Shown in pieces: positions 31,936-43,661 of a stretch of 64,000 bases of DNA (within the stretch, counting starts at the first letter, position 1; every line of letters starts with the position of its first letter). The notes under the pieces were generated by a model. The model saw nothing but the letters and a program-made list of their open reading frames with translations, had not been told where the DNA came from and made no database searches. The DNA comes from an uncultured delta proteobacterium. GTDB taxonomy: Bacteria; Myxococcota_A; Polyangia; Polyangiales; JAFGIB01. A program made the position numbers and the translations under genes. Location: positions 256,001 to 320,000 of the forward strand of contig CAVZVA010000009.1 of NCBI GenBank assembly GCA_963778655.1, written 5' to 3'.

Positions 31936-34900
31936 TCACGGCTGCTTGCGCTGCGAAGGCAGCGGCGGGGGCTGCGAGCTCGCGCGCCCATTGGGGCGGG
32001 CGCTTGGCAGCGGCGGCGGCTTGGAGCCGGCGCGTGCGCTTGGCAGCGGCGGCGGTACCGAACCCGCGCGCCGCGGCGGTGCAGTCGCCGCTTCGGGAAC
32101 GGCAGGCGCCGGCGTGCTGCGCGGAATGGGCGGTGGCGCCCGCAGGGAAGCAGCTGTCGCGGGCAGCGGCGGGACGGCCGGAGGCCGCGGCCGCGCCGAG
32201 CGCGCAGCGACAGGGGTGCTGGGTGGCGGCGGCGGGCTGGAAGGGCGCTGCGCGGGCGGCTCGATCACCACGTCCACGGTCACCTCCTCGGTCTCGAGCA
32301 GGTCGATCTCCTGCACCGCGCCCGAGGCGCTGATGGCGGCGTCGAGGGCATCGAGATCGGCCGCGCTGTCCTCGGGCTCGTCCTGCTCGGCCGGGCTCAC
32401 GTCGGGCTGGGCCGAAGCTGTCGCGCGCTGCGCGTCCGCCGCTCGCTGCGGCTTCGGTTCGGGCTCGGCGGGCTGCGGCGCGGCCGCGAGAATCGCGCTC
32501 GCGCTCCCCGGCCCCGTCCGCACCCACGGTCGGGCGGGGCAGCGCCAGCGTCGGCGGCTCGCCGTCGTCGTCCGCCCCGCTGTGCGCGGCAGCGGCCTCG
32601 GGCGGCTCGGAGCGCAGCAGCAGCTGCTCCGCGCTCGTCGCGACATCATCCTCCGCGCCGGCCTCCGCGTGCTCCACGGCTTCGCGCCCGGTAGCTGCGG
32701 CCTCTGCGCCGGCCTCCGCCGTCGCGGCATCGCCCCGATCGTCCTCGCGTTCCGGGACTTCGTCGCCTTCCTCGGCGTCGAGCAGGCCCGCCGAGGACTT
32801 GACGCGCCCGCGCTCCACCCGCTGCACCGCCTCGAGCGCCTCGGCATCATCGGGCAGCTCGCGCAGGACCGCGCGCCACGCGTCCAGGGCTTCCCAGCGG
32901 TTCTTCAGATCCTGCTCCCAGGTGATCGCGATCTCCTTGAGCAGCGGCACGCGCGCGTCCGCATCGCGCACGCGCTGCAGCTGCTTGTTGAGGGCCAGCA
33001 GCAGATCCTGGTGCCGTCCGGAGTGTCGCAGGCTCGCGCGCAGCTTGTTCGAGGCCTCGGCGTCGTCGGGACGCAGCTGCAGCAGCTTGGTGTAGACCGC
33101 GGCCGCATCCTGGAAGCGGTTGAGCGGCCCCTCGAGCAAGGCTCCTCTGCGCCGCAGCATGGCGACCGCGGTGGCCGGATCGATCGCCTCGTCGACCAGG
33201 CGTGAGAGGTGCGCATCCACCGAGTCGAGCCGCTTGTGCTTGTCTCCCAGGCTCCAGAGCGCCGCGTAGATCGCGTCGCTCTTGGGTTGCAGCGAAAGTG
33301 CTTGGCGCAGCATGTCGAAGGCTCCGCGCTCGTCGTCGAGCTCCTGCTGCAGCAGCTCGGCGGCGCGCAGCAGCAGCCGCTCCGCCACGTTCGGCTCCGC
33401 GCGCTCGGCCACTTCCTTGTGCGAGCGGAGCATCGTCCGGCGCGCCTGATCGGCACCCAGCTCCGGACGCTGCGCGTCGAGATCGCGCGCAGCCGCCTCC
33501 ACCTCGGCGCCGAGCTCGGCCGACCCGCCCGCCGCCGCCAGCGCGGACTTGACGTACTGGTTGGCCCGCTCGCGGTCGCGCAGCGCGCCGTCGCACAGCC
33601 GCGCCGCGCGCAGCAACAGCCGCACCTGGTCTCGTTCGTCGTCGCTGCGCGCGCGCCGGCGGTCGTAGACAATCAGCAGCTCCTCGCTGCGGCGCGTGCG
33701 CTGCGCCAGGTCCTCGGCGCGGCTGAGCAGCGCCTCGTCCTGCGGCGCGAGCGCGCAGGCGCGCAAGATGCGGTCGAGCGCCTCCTCGTCCTGCTGACCC
33801 TGCAGCAGATCGGCGTGCCGTTTGAGCAGCTCGACTTTGTCCGCGTCGTCCGCGGCTTGCTTCAGCAGCCGGTCGTAGACCTGCGCCAGGCGGCGGAACG
33901 CGCTGGTCTTGAGCGCCAGCCGATCGACGTGCGTGAGCAACTCGCGGTTTTCGAGATCGGTGGCCAGCGCGCGCAGGCTGGCCTCCAGCGCCTGGGTCGG
34001 GTCGTCGAGTGCCTGCTCGAACACGTCGGCCGCACGGCCCCACAGCGTCGCGGCCTGCACAGGGTCCTCGGTCTCTTGGGCCAGCCGCACGTAGAGCGCC
34101 GCCAGGTCGCGCTGCATGCCGGCGCCACCGGCAATCTCACGCAACGCCTGCTCCGCCTGCTCGTTGCGCTCCTCGACCAGGGGTACCAGCCGGCGCCAGC
34201 CGCCCTCGGCGTCCTGCAGCCGCTCGAACGCGACCTGCGCTGCGGCGATGGTGGCCTCGTCCCGCGCGTCGAAGTCGTCTTCCCACTCGGTCAGCGCATC
34301 CAGGCTGGCGAGCAGCTCCGGCCAGCGCCCCGCGCCCTGAAGCAGTGTGCGCAGCCTGCGCTGAGGCTCCGGGTTCTGAGCCTGATCGCGCACCCATGCC
34401 TGCAGCGCGCTGATCGCGCGCGGCACGTCGTGCAGCGCGTGCTCGCACAGGTCGGCCAGACGCTTGGCAAGCTCGATGCGCGCGCCCGCCTCCGACTGAA
34501 GGCTCAGGCTGCGCTCCAGCGCCAGGGCCAGGCCGGGCTTGTCCGAGGTCGCCTCGCTGACCGTGACCAGCAGCTCGATCGCGGGCTCGAAGCTCGGGTC
34601 CACGCTTTCGACGATGCGCTTGAGCACCGCCGCCGCCTCGGTGGTTCCCGCTTCCGCCATGCGCTCGTGCAGCAACACGGCCAGGTCGAACAGCAGGTCG
34701 CGCCGCTCGCTCTGGTCGCCGGTGCAGGCGGCCAGCCGGCGCAGCACCTCGGCCAGCTCGCGCGGCTCGTCGCGGCGCAGCGCCACGCCGCGCAGGAAGC
34801 GCAGCGCTTCCTCGTCCTCGTCGGTTTCGAGCAGCTTGCGGTAGGCTTCGGCGGCGCCGTCCTCGTCATCCAGCCGCTCCGCGAGCGTCTGGGCGATGCG

Positions 34901-37243
34901 CCGGTGCAGCGGCGCGCGGTTCTTGGCCTCGGGCTCGAGCAGGGTGCGCTCGCGCAGCAGCTCGACCAGCTGATCGTAGCGGCCCGCGCGCTCGAACATG
35001 TCCACCAGACGCTGCAGCGCCTCCGGATCGTCGGGCGCCAGGTCGAGCGCGTCGCCGAAGTAGTCCGCCGCCTTGTCGAGGTCCCGCAGCTGTTCCTCGG
35101 CGATAATGCCCATGCGCGTGAACAGCCCGGGCCGCTCCCCCTTGGCGGCCAGCTGCGCGCGCCGCTCCAGCGTCTTGAGCAGCCGCGGATAGTTCTCGGC
35201 CTCCAGGTCGACGCGCTCCATGCGATCGAGGGCCGCGCGGTCGTTGGGCTTGTGCTCGAGTATCTGCTCGCACAGCTCGTGGGCTTGCTCGAGCTCGTGC
35301 AGGTGCTCGTGCAGGATGGCGGCGAGCTCCGCGCTCAGCTTGTGTCTCTCGGTCTCGTCCTTGCTGGCGTCGATGCGCTGGCGCAGCAGCGGCGCGGCGT
35401 CGCTCCACTGCTCTAGCTCCAGCACCAGCTCGCACAGCTCGTCGCGCACCGCGGCGTCGCCGGGCTTGAGCGCGTGCAGCTGGCGGAAGGCCTCCGCGGT
35501 CTCCAGCGGGTCCTGGCGCTTGTCGCGATGGATCAGCGCGATCTCCCGGATCAGCGCCGCCTTGTCGTCGAGCGCGGTGGTGGCCAGCGCCTCGCGCTCC
35601 AGCACCGCTGCCAGCTCGTCCCAGTGCTGCCCTTTCTTGAGCAGCCGCTTGAGGCTCGCGGTCGCCTCGCGATCGGCCGGATCGAGCGTGACCACGCCGC
35701 GCCAGGCCGAGGTGGCCGCGTCGCTGTCGCGCAGCTTGGTCTCCGACAGCGTGGCCACTTCTTTGAGCCGCATCTTGCGCGAGTCGACCGCGAGCCCGGG
35801 CATGCGGGTCGAGGCGAGCAGCAAGTCGCGCAAGCTCCCGTAGTCGCGTCGCTTGCGGTAATGGCTCTCGAGCAGATTGAAGGCCTCGGGATCGGTGGGG
35901 TCGATCTCCAAGATCTGGCGACACAGCGCGGCCGCGTCGTCGTGCCGACGCGCCGTGACCGCGGCGTGGATCTGCTTGCGCAGGTCCGTCACCTGCGCGT
36001 TCTGGCGGCTGCGCTCGTCGTCTTCGCGGCGTGCAGGCGGGTGCGCGGTGGTGGCGCGGCTCGCGTCGCCGGACGGCCGCGCGGGCTCTGCCTGCTCGTC
36101 CCTGGGCGCACGCGCCTGGCGCCCGTAAGCCTGTTGAAGCAGCTCGTGTGCCTTCTCGTTGCCGTGCTCGGCGGCGGGCTGCAGGCAATAGATGGCGTCG
36201 TCGAGCTGATCGGATTCGAGGTACGCCTGGGCCAACAGCAAGCGCCGCTGATCCGCGACCGGACCCGCGCCCGCGGCAGCGACGAAGCTCACCCAGTAGG
36301 GGGGCAGGATGTCCGCGCGCCCCTGCTCGGTCGCGAGCCGCTCGAGCAGCGCCAGCGCGCCGTCGTGGTCGGGCATCGAGGTCAGCGCGGACTCGAGATA
36401 GGGCAGGGCGTCCACTTCATCCACGCCCTGCGCGATCTGGTAAAACAGCTCCGCCACGCGGCGATGGTCGGCGCGCGCCGCGGCGTCGTCGGCGCCCTGC
36501 GCGCGCGCCAGCAAGCAGGTCGCGAGCTGATGCATGACCGCGATCTCGCCGGGCATGGCGGCGAGCGCCTGGCGCAGCGCATGGATCGCGCCTTCCTGGT
36601 CGCCCAGCACGTCCGCCCGCAGCTCCGCCAGGCGGCACAGCAGCTCGGCCTTGCGCGCCGGGTCCGACTCGGCTGCCGCGTCGCGCTCGAGCGCATGTGC
36701 CTGTGCGGGTCCCGGCGGCGCCGCCGAGCTCTGCCGGGCTGCGCGTGCGCCAGCCAGCTCAACCGCGCGCGCGCGGTACGGCGCCGCCATGTCGGGCCGC
36801 TGCAGCGGCCCTTCCCAGATCTCGGCCAGCCGCAGGTACAGACCGGCCACGTAGTCGGTGGCGGCGCCGGCCGTGTCGAGCGCGCGCGCGTAGGCGTCGA
36901 GCAGCTCGGTCAGCTCTTGCGGGTCGCCGTCCTGCTCCACCAGCTCCAGCAGGTTCGCTCCGGCCTCCGGGTGCAGCACGTTCACCTGCAGCGCCAGGCG
37001 GTACAGCGCCTTGGCCCGCACCCGGTCCCCGCCGCCCTGCAGCACCGCCTGGCCCGCCTCCGCGTAGGCCTGGGACGCCTCTTCCCACAGCTCGGTGTGG
37101 GCGCCGGCCCAGCCTTCCAGCAAATTCGCGAGCGAAGCCCAGTCGCCGGAGTGTTGGTAGTGCGCCTTGAGACCCTCGTAGGCGGCGTTGTCATTGGGAT
37201 CCAGCCGGAGCCGGGCAATGAGCTGCTCTGCGATCGGGTCCAC
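31936..37243 (-). CDS. Giant TPR/helical-repeat protein (AgmK-like), with apparent frameshift near 32490-32540
   Basis: ~1500 aa of TPR-like repeats; the natural Pro-rich tail lies in the 31936-32850 frame. Confidence 0.75.
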
Positions 37244-37448
37244 GGCCTGGCGAGCCTACCATGTTTGCCGCGCTGCCCGGTCGCCGCTTTGGGCAAAATC
37301 TGCACACCCTGCGCAACCGAGGGTTGGCCTCTTTTTCCGCGTTCACCAGTCTTTTGGGGGAGCCCCGCAGCCCCGTGGAGGGGCCGCCAGCGACGGCAGC
37401 TTGTCATCGCGCCGCGCGCGGCTATTGCTGTGCGTCAGCGGAGGCGAC

Positions 37449-38066
37449 ATGCACGTAGGCGGAGGCGACGAGACAGAGGGCGTACCGTACGCCGATCCAT
37501 GGGTCTGGTTCCGGCAGTCGTTTGCACTGGCGCGCACGCGCGAGAGCTTCGACCCGTCGCGCGCCGCGCTCGCGACCGTGGACGCGAGCGGCGCGCCGAG
37601 CGTGCGCTTCGTGCTGGTCAAGCTCGCCGACGAGCGCGGCTTTGGATTCTTCACCAACTTGGGCAGCGCGAAGGCTCAGCACTTGCAAGCGCATCCGCGC
37701 GCCGCGCTCGCCTTCCACTGGGCTTCGACCGGCGAGCAGGTGCGCGCCGAAGGTCCGGTGCAGCCGGTATCGGGCGCGGAGGCCGATGCCTACTTCGCCA
37801 CGCGGCCGCGCGGCTCGCAGCTTTCGGCTTGGGCTTCGGAGCAGAGCCGCGCGATCGCGAGCCGCGCCCTGCTGGAAGCCAAGCGCGCAGAGCTCGAGCA
37901 CCGCTTCGAGGGCCATGGCGAGGTGCCGCGGCCGTCGTTCTGGGGCGGCTATCGCCTGCTGCCGGAGCGCGTCGAGTTCTGGCGCAATCGCGACGACCGC
38001 TTGCACGACCGCTGGTCGTTCACGGCGGCGTCGGGGGGTTGGCGCGTCGAACGTCTGCAGCCCTGA
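37449..38066 (+). CDS. pdxH: Pyridoxamine 5'-phosphate oxidase
   Basis: 'LATVD', 'FFTN', 'YFATRPRGSQ', 'WGGYRL', 'RLHDR', 'RLQP'. Confidence 0.95.
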   Translation: MHVGGGDETEGVPYADPWVWFRQSFALARTRESFDPSRAALATVDASGAPSVRFVLVKLADERGFGFFTNLGSAKAQHLQAHPRAALAFHWASTGEQVRAEGPVQPVSGAEADAYFATRPRGSQLSAWASEQSRAIASRALLEAKRAELEHRFEGHGEVPRPSFWGGYRLLPERVEFWRNRDDRLHDRWSFTAASGGWRVERLQP

Positions 38067-38331
38067 CCGTGCGGGCTCGTTCGCAAGCCGTCATTTTGCC
38101 GGCCTCGCGCGCCAACGTGGGCCAGCGCTCGGTCTCGCGCGCCTAAGGCCGATCACGTTATCCGAGCCCGCACATGCCCCTGGGCTCACGGCAGGAGCGC
38201 GCATGACTAGGCCAACATGGGTCAGTCTCGTTGCAGCGCTTTGGGTGCGCACATTGCACACTCTTGCTCACACGTGGCATTTCCACGCGGAAAAACCGCA
38301 GCACGTCGTGCAATCGCTTGCGCGGACTATC

Positions 38332-38359
38332 TTGACTGCCACGCGGCGAACATTAGTCT
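38332..38359 (+). promoter_or_regulatory. Sigma70 promoter for the cold-shock gene, implying a ~170-nt 5' UTR
   Basis: TTGACT-16nt-TAGTCT. Confidence 0.55.
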
Positions 38360-38535
38360 TCGGCTTCGAAGTGGGGGGCGCGCTTGGGTCTTCGTGCTTG
38401 CGGCTTCGCGAATGAGTTTGTTCACGTGCCATGTGATGGGGGCGAGCGAAGGGTCTCGAACAACTTGCACGTGAGCGTTCGGTTGAAAGAAGGACAAGGC
38501 GGCGCCGCTGCCTGATGGAGGAAGGACGTACGATA

Positions 38536-38748
38536 ATGCCGTTAGGTACTGTGAAATGGTTCAACGACGCGAAGGGGTTCGGTTTCATCAAGCAGGACAA
38601 CGACGCCGACGTGTTCGTGCATTACTCGCAGATAGCAGGTGACGGCTTTCGAACCTTGGAGGAAGGCCAGACGGTGCGTTTCGAGCTGAAGGAGGGACCG
38701 AAGGGCCTGTTCGCAGAGAACGTCAGCAAGGTTGAAGGGGGGGCCTGA
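38536..38748 (+). CDS. Cold-shock protein
   Basis: '[15 protein letters not shown]', 'DVFVHYS'. Confidence 0.97.
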   Translation: MPLGTVKWFNDAKGFGFIKQDNDADVFVHYSQIAGDGFRTLEEGQTVRFELKEGPKGLFAENVSKVEGGA

Positions 38749-38764
38749 GTCGCAAGCCGCACGG

Positions 38765-38800
38765 CAGGGCTCGCGATCCTCACGAGGATCGCGAGCTCTG
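38765..38800. terminator. Strong hairpin between convergent genes
   Basis: CAGGGCTCGCGATCCTC-AC-GAGGATCGCGAGCTCTG; no U-tract. Confidence 0.5.
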
Positions 38801-38849
38801 ATCGGCGCGCGCCGCACCGGCCGAGGCTTTGATCGCACGCTGGCGCGTT

Positions 38850-39281
38850 TCAGCGATCGACGCACTTTGGCAGCTGCAGGGCCCAGCGCACATCGTCGAT
38901 CAGCGCATCGAGCGTCCGCGCCTCCTTGGCGAACGTGACCTCGTGCCACACGTCGAGCACTTGTGAAGCGTCGACCGGATCGGTGATCTCACGCGTGACC
39001 GCTCCGGTCTCGCGAAAGCCGCGTGCCTCGGCGCTTTGCCGCAGGGCTCGGCGAACCTTCTCGAACAGCTCCTCCGGATCTGCAGAAGGAAAGTCCGAGC
39101 GCTGGCTGCGTACCGTCATGCGGACGCACGGCGGCTCGGCCGCTGCGACCGTGATTCCAGAGTCCATCAGGTGCATGCGGACGCGTTCCGCGACGCGAAT
39201 CTCCGTGGCGCTGCTGCGATAGATCTCGAGCCCTGCCTCGAGGATGGCCTGCTTCAACTCGTCCAGGCTCGGCGTGCTCAC
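38850..39281 (-). CDS. Hypothetical protein
   Basis: GTG start with AAGGAG RBS; ordinary globular composition. Confidence 0.7.
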   Translation of the reverse strand: MSTPSLDELKQAILEAGLEIYRSSATEIRVAERVRMHLMDSGITVAAAEPPCVRMTVRSQRSDFPSADPEELFEKVRRALRQSAEARGFRETGAVTREITDPVDASQVLDVWHEVTFAKEARTLDALIDDVRWALQLPKCVDR

Positions 39282-39481
39282 GGGGCTCCTTGTTCGCTCG
39301 GCACAGACGATGTTAACACTGTACGCAGAAGCGCGGCAATTTGACCCGCGCGCCGAGGCGGCGCGCGACGGCGCGCACGCCTGTATCCAAGCTCAGCATG
39401 TAAGCGGCCATAATGACATGATTTTCTTTGTTCAGCCTGGCGGTTCCCGAGCATTTGCGCGACAATTGAGCACAGGCTGGG

Positions 39482-39775
39482 ATGAGCAAGGCGGACCCGT
39501 CGGCGGCCGAAGGCGTGGGACGTAGAGTTGCTGAGCGCTATCCGCTCAACGCCGACGTCGAGATTCTCGAGCCCTTCAACGCGCACGGGGTGGTGATCAA
39601 CGCGAGCGCGGGCGGGTTGCGCGTGGCGGTCAATGTTGCGCTCCCGCTCGACGCGGTGTGCGTAGTCGAGGTCCAGCTCGACGAGGGCAAGACGGTCGAG
39701 CTCGCACGCGTCGCCTGGGTCAAGGAGCATCCGGACGGCTATTTGGTGGGCCTGAGCTTCGTGCAGGAGGACTGA
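39482..39775 (+). CDS. Single-domain PilZ protein
   Basis: RxxxR ('RVAER') and NxSxxG ('NASAGG') c-di-GMP motifs; 'ARVAWV...VGLSF'. Confidence 0.85.
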   Translation: MSKADPSAAEGVGRRVAERYPLNADVEILEPFNAHGVVINASAGGLRVAVNVALPLDAVCVVEVQLDEGKTVELARVAWVKEHPDGYLVGLSFVQED

Positions 39776-42537
39776 GCTCGGCCGCTGGCGCCATCTGCCG
39801 CAACAGGCGTTCGACCTGCTGCAGCTCTGCGCCGTAGCCGGCCCAGTCTCCACGGCGCTGCGCCTCGATCGCCCGCTCGAAGTGCTGCAGCGCTTGGGCC
39901 GCCGGCTGCTCGCCCGCCGCCGGTGTGCTCGCCGCCGGCGCCGGCTCCGGCACGCTCTCGGGTTGGGACGTGGCCGGGCCTGGCTGCGTCGGCGCGGCGC
40001 GCGCTTGCTCGGCTTCGGGCCCGAAGAATCGCTTCGACTGCCTCGCGCAGCGAAGGCCGCATCGCGATGTGCTTTTCGTAGGCCACGATCACGCGCTTGA
40101 GCTCGGGGATCTTGCCGCCTTCCGAGCGCAGGTACAGCGGCCGCACGTAGAGCAAGGACTCCTCTACCGGGACCACCAGCAGGGTGCCGAAGATCGCCTG
40201 CGAGCCGTGTTGGTCCCAGAGCGAGATCTGACGCGAGATCTCGGCGTCCTGGTTGATGCGGTTGACGACCTGCTGCGGCCCGAACACCAGGCGGTCTTTG
40301 GGAAAGCGGTACACCATCAGCTGGCCGAGTGCCGCGCCGTCGGAGCGCGCGACCATCCAGGCCGCCAGGTTGTCTTTGCGCTTGGGCGTGAAAGGCAGCA
40401 TGAGGATGAACTCCGCGTGCGACTCGCCCGGCAACTTCATCACCGTGTAGTACGGCTGGGTCTTGGTCTTGCCGTCGCCGCCCGCGATCGCGGGCACCTC
40501 CCATTGGTCCTCGCGGTTGTAGAGCAGGTCGGGCGCGCGCATGTGGTAGACGGTGAACATCTCGGTTTGGATGCCGAAGATCAGCTGCGGGTAGCGCAGG
40601 TGCGCGCGCAGATCGGACGGCATGCGTGAGAGCGGGACGAAGCTGTGGGGAAAGGCGCGCCGCCACGCGCGCAGCAGCGGATCGGTCGGGTCCGCCGCGT
40701 ACAGCGTGACCGTGCCATCGTAGGCGTCGATCACCGCCTTGACCGAGTTACGCAGGTAGTTGAGGCTGCCGTGCTGCACCGGTTGGGCGTAGGGGTAACG
40801 GTTGCTCGTAGTGTACGCGTCGCAGATCCAAGACAGCGTGCCGTCCTTCCGCACTACCAGGTAGGGGTCGGGGTCGAGCGCCAGGAATGGCGCAATGCGC
40901 CGCAGGCGATCGAGGATGTTGCGGTAGAGCAGCACCCGACTGTTCGAGTCGATGTCATCGGAGAGCAGGAGCTCGACCGAGCCCAGCTTGACCGCGAGCG
41001 CGATGCGCACCAGCTGGGAATCGAACGGCAGCCCACCCTTGCCGGCGTAGTCCGTGTGGACGCCGCCCGAGGTCGATGGATAGTCGAATTCGTGGTTTCG
41101 CGTGTGCACGAAGACGTGGTCGCTGGAGAGCTCGCCGTAATAGATGCCCGGACGCTCGACTTTTATGTCGGGCGTGTTGGAGACCGGCGGAATGTCCTGC
41201 ACGAGCAACACCGGCAGCCCCTCGGGCGTGGTCTCGTTGACCAGGCCCAGCGTCAGGCCGTAGCCGTGCGTGAAGGTGAAGCGTTTGTTGATCCAGGTAG
41301 GATTCGGCAGGCTGTCCGAGTTGAGCTCGCGCGCAGAGGCCATGGTCTGGCGCAGCTTGCCCCCGATAAGATAGCGGTCGTTGTCGACGGACGCGAAATC
41401 GTAGTAGGTGCGGATCTCCTGGATCTGGGCGAAGGTTTCCAGCAGCGGCTGGTGGTCCCACAGCCGGACGTTGTCGATCGTGTCGCGGTTTGCCGCGATG
41501 TCGGCCGCGGTCAACGTGGCGCTGGCCGAAAGGTCTCTTTCCACCACCCGGTCGAGCGCATAGGCGGCGCGCGTGGCGTCGATGTTGAACGCCAGATACG
41601 GGCTCTCGCGCTCCAGCTCGTTGGGCTTGACGCTCAGGCGGTGCACCAGCTCTGGATAGATCTGGGTCGCCAGCTGGGCGCCGAGGTAGAGCACCCCCGC
41701 GATCACCGCGGGGCCGAGGCGGTTGCTCGCGGCTGCGGCCAGCACCAGCACCGAGCCCACCGCGGCCAGGCCGATTAGCACGCGCAGCGCCGGCAGCCTG
41801 GCGTGGATGTCGGCATAGCTCGCGCCCGCCATCGGCCCCAGCCGCGAATACAGCACGTCGAAGGTGTCCAGGTACGCACGCACGGTCAGTGCCGCGAACA
41901 GCAGAGCGAGCAGCACCCCCAGGTGCAGCCTCGCCGACCGCTCGAAGCGGGCGTGACGGTCGCCCACCGCGACCGCACCACCGAGCAGGTAGAACACCAC
42001 GGCTGCAGCCAGCGCGCCGCCGAGCAGCCACAGCAGCAGCGAGCAAGCCGCGTCGTAGAAGGGCAGGCGGAACAGGTAAAAGCCGACGTCGTTGCCGAAA
42101 ATCGGATCGCGCCGCCCGACGTTGCCGCCGTGCTCGAACAGCAGCAGCCGGGGATAGAAGCGCTCGTGGTAGAGAGCGACCAGCAGCGCGATCGCGATCG
42201 AGGCCGGAAGCGAGAGCCGCTGCGCGAGCTCGCGCAGGTTCAGCCGGGGCAGCCCGTCGGGGTCGTGGAGCACCAGGGGAACCAGGTCGCGGCAGCTGCG
42301 AGCCGCGAGCCGCAGATTGCCGAGCAGCACGGCCAGCGTAGCGAGCCCCGTCCCCAGCGCCAGGCCCAGGCGGCTGGTCAGGGTTGTCGCGAAGATCTCG
42401 CCGAAGCCGAGGGCGGCGAACCAGCGCGCGTTCACGTAGAGCGACGCGGCCATGGGCGTGGCGACGATCAGCGCGAACAGCGGCAGAAAGACGCGCGTCA
42501 GCAGCCCCGGGCTTGGCTTTTCGGCGGCGCGAGCCAT
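39720..42537 (-). CDS. UPF0182 family membrane protein, apparent +1 frameshift at ~40027
   Basis: 'DPIFGNDVGFY', 'NVRLWD', 'THGYG', 'NYLRNSVK'; conserved tail 'RRGDWAGYGAEL' lies in another frame. Confidence 0.88.
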
Positions 42538-42612
42538 GGCCCACCTGGCGCTACCACGATTCGCCGGGGTCCAGCAATTGCCAAGCGAAACCAGAGGGTT
42601 TTGAGCTGGCCC

Positions 42613-42641
42613 TTGCCCCGGCATGGAGGGGCTTGTAGGAT
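42613..42641 (+). promoter_or_regulatory. Sigma70 promoter for panD
   Basis: TTGCCC-17nt-TAGGAT. Confidence 0.55.
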
Positions 42642-42647
42642 TATTGC

Positions 42648-42700
42648 AGACCTTTGGGCGTACCCGGATCCCGGGACGCCACTAAGGTGGAGGAAGGTCT
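42648..42700 (+). ncRNA. Candidate pan RNA motif-like leader
   Basis: Stem GGCGT-(bulged A)-CCCGG/CCGGG-ACGCC in the panD 5' UTR. Confidence 0.55.
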
Positions 42701-42703
42701 CCA

Positions 42704-43102
42704 ATGCGCCGTCGAATGTTTCTGTCGAAGATCCACCGCGCCGTGGTGACGCATGCCGACCTGGACTACGAAGGCAGCTGCACCATCGACGCGGACCTGC
42801 TCGATGCGGCCGACATCCTGCCCAACCAGGAGCTGCATATCTGGAACGTCACCCGCGGCACCCGCATCGTGACGTACGCGCTGCCGGGCCCCCGCGGCTC
42901 CGGCGTGATCTGCATCAACGGAGCGGCCGCCCACAATAACGAGCCGGGCGACCTGGTGATCCTGGCCACCTTTGGCGAGATGGACAGCGAGGAGGCTCAC
43001 AGCTTCGAGCCGAAGGTCGTGATGGTGGACAAGCACAACCGCGTCAAGGGGGTTCGGGCCGAGGTCCCGGGCCCACAGATGCCGCCGCGGATCGAAGCCT
43101 GA
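42704..43102 (+). CDS. panD: Aspartate 1-decarboxylase
   Basis: 'SKIHRAVVT', self-cleavage site 'YEG-SCTID', 'INGAAAH'. Confidence 0.97.
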   Translation: MRRRMFLSKIHRAVVTHADLDYEGSCTIDADLLDAADILPNQELHIWNVTRGTRIVTYALPGPRGSGVICINGAAAHNNEPGDLVILATFGEMDSEEAHSFEPKVVMVDKHNRVKGVRAEVPGPQMPPRIEA

Positions 43103-43166
43103 GCGCGGCCGGCCCAAGCGGGGTCGAATCTCCGGCGCCAGAACCTGAGCGCGGAAGGTCGATGCG

Positions 43167-43650
43167 TGAAGAGCAGGAGCCGCGCAGCGGCCACGCGTGG
43201 GGGTGGGCCCCGTTGGGCTTTGCCCAACGGGCGGGGGCGGCGCGTGGCGCGCCCGGCAAGCTGGTTGAAGAGCAGGAGCCGCGCAGCGGCCACGCGTGGG
43301 GGTGGGCCCCGTTGGGCTTTGCCCAACGGGCGGGGGCGGCGCGTGGCGCGCCCGGCAAGCTGGTTGAAGAGCAGGAGCCGCGCAGCGGCCACGCGTGGGG
43401 GTGGGCCCCGTTGGGCTTTGCCCAACGGGCGGGGGCGGCGCGTGGCGCGCCCGGCAAGCTGGTTGAAGAGCAGGAGCCGCGCAGCGGCCACGCGTGGGGG
43501 TGGGCCCCGTTGGGCTTTGCCCAACGGGCGGGGGCGGCGCGTGCCGCGCCCGGCAAGCTGGTTGAAGAGCAGGAGCCGCGCAGCGGCCACGCGTGGGGGT
43601 GGGCCCCGTTGGGCTTTGCCCAACGGGCGGGGGCGGCGCGTGCCGCCCCC
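43167..43650. repeat. Tandem array of ~4.9 near-identical 99-bp units related to REP-like family B
   Basis: Units start at 43167, 43266, 43365, 43464, 43563; no unique spacers. Confidence 0.95.
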
Positions 43651-43661
43651 GATATAGAGGC

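Noticed and set aside
43167..43650. Possible CRISPR array
   Set aside because: Units are identical end to end with no unique spacers, the period is 99 bp, and there are no cas genes.
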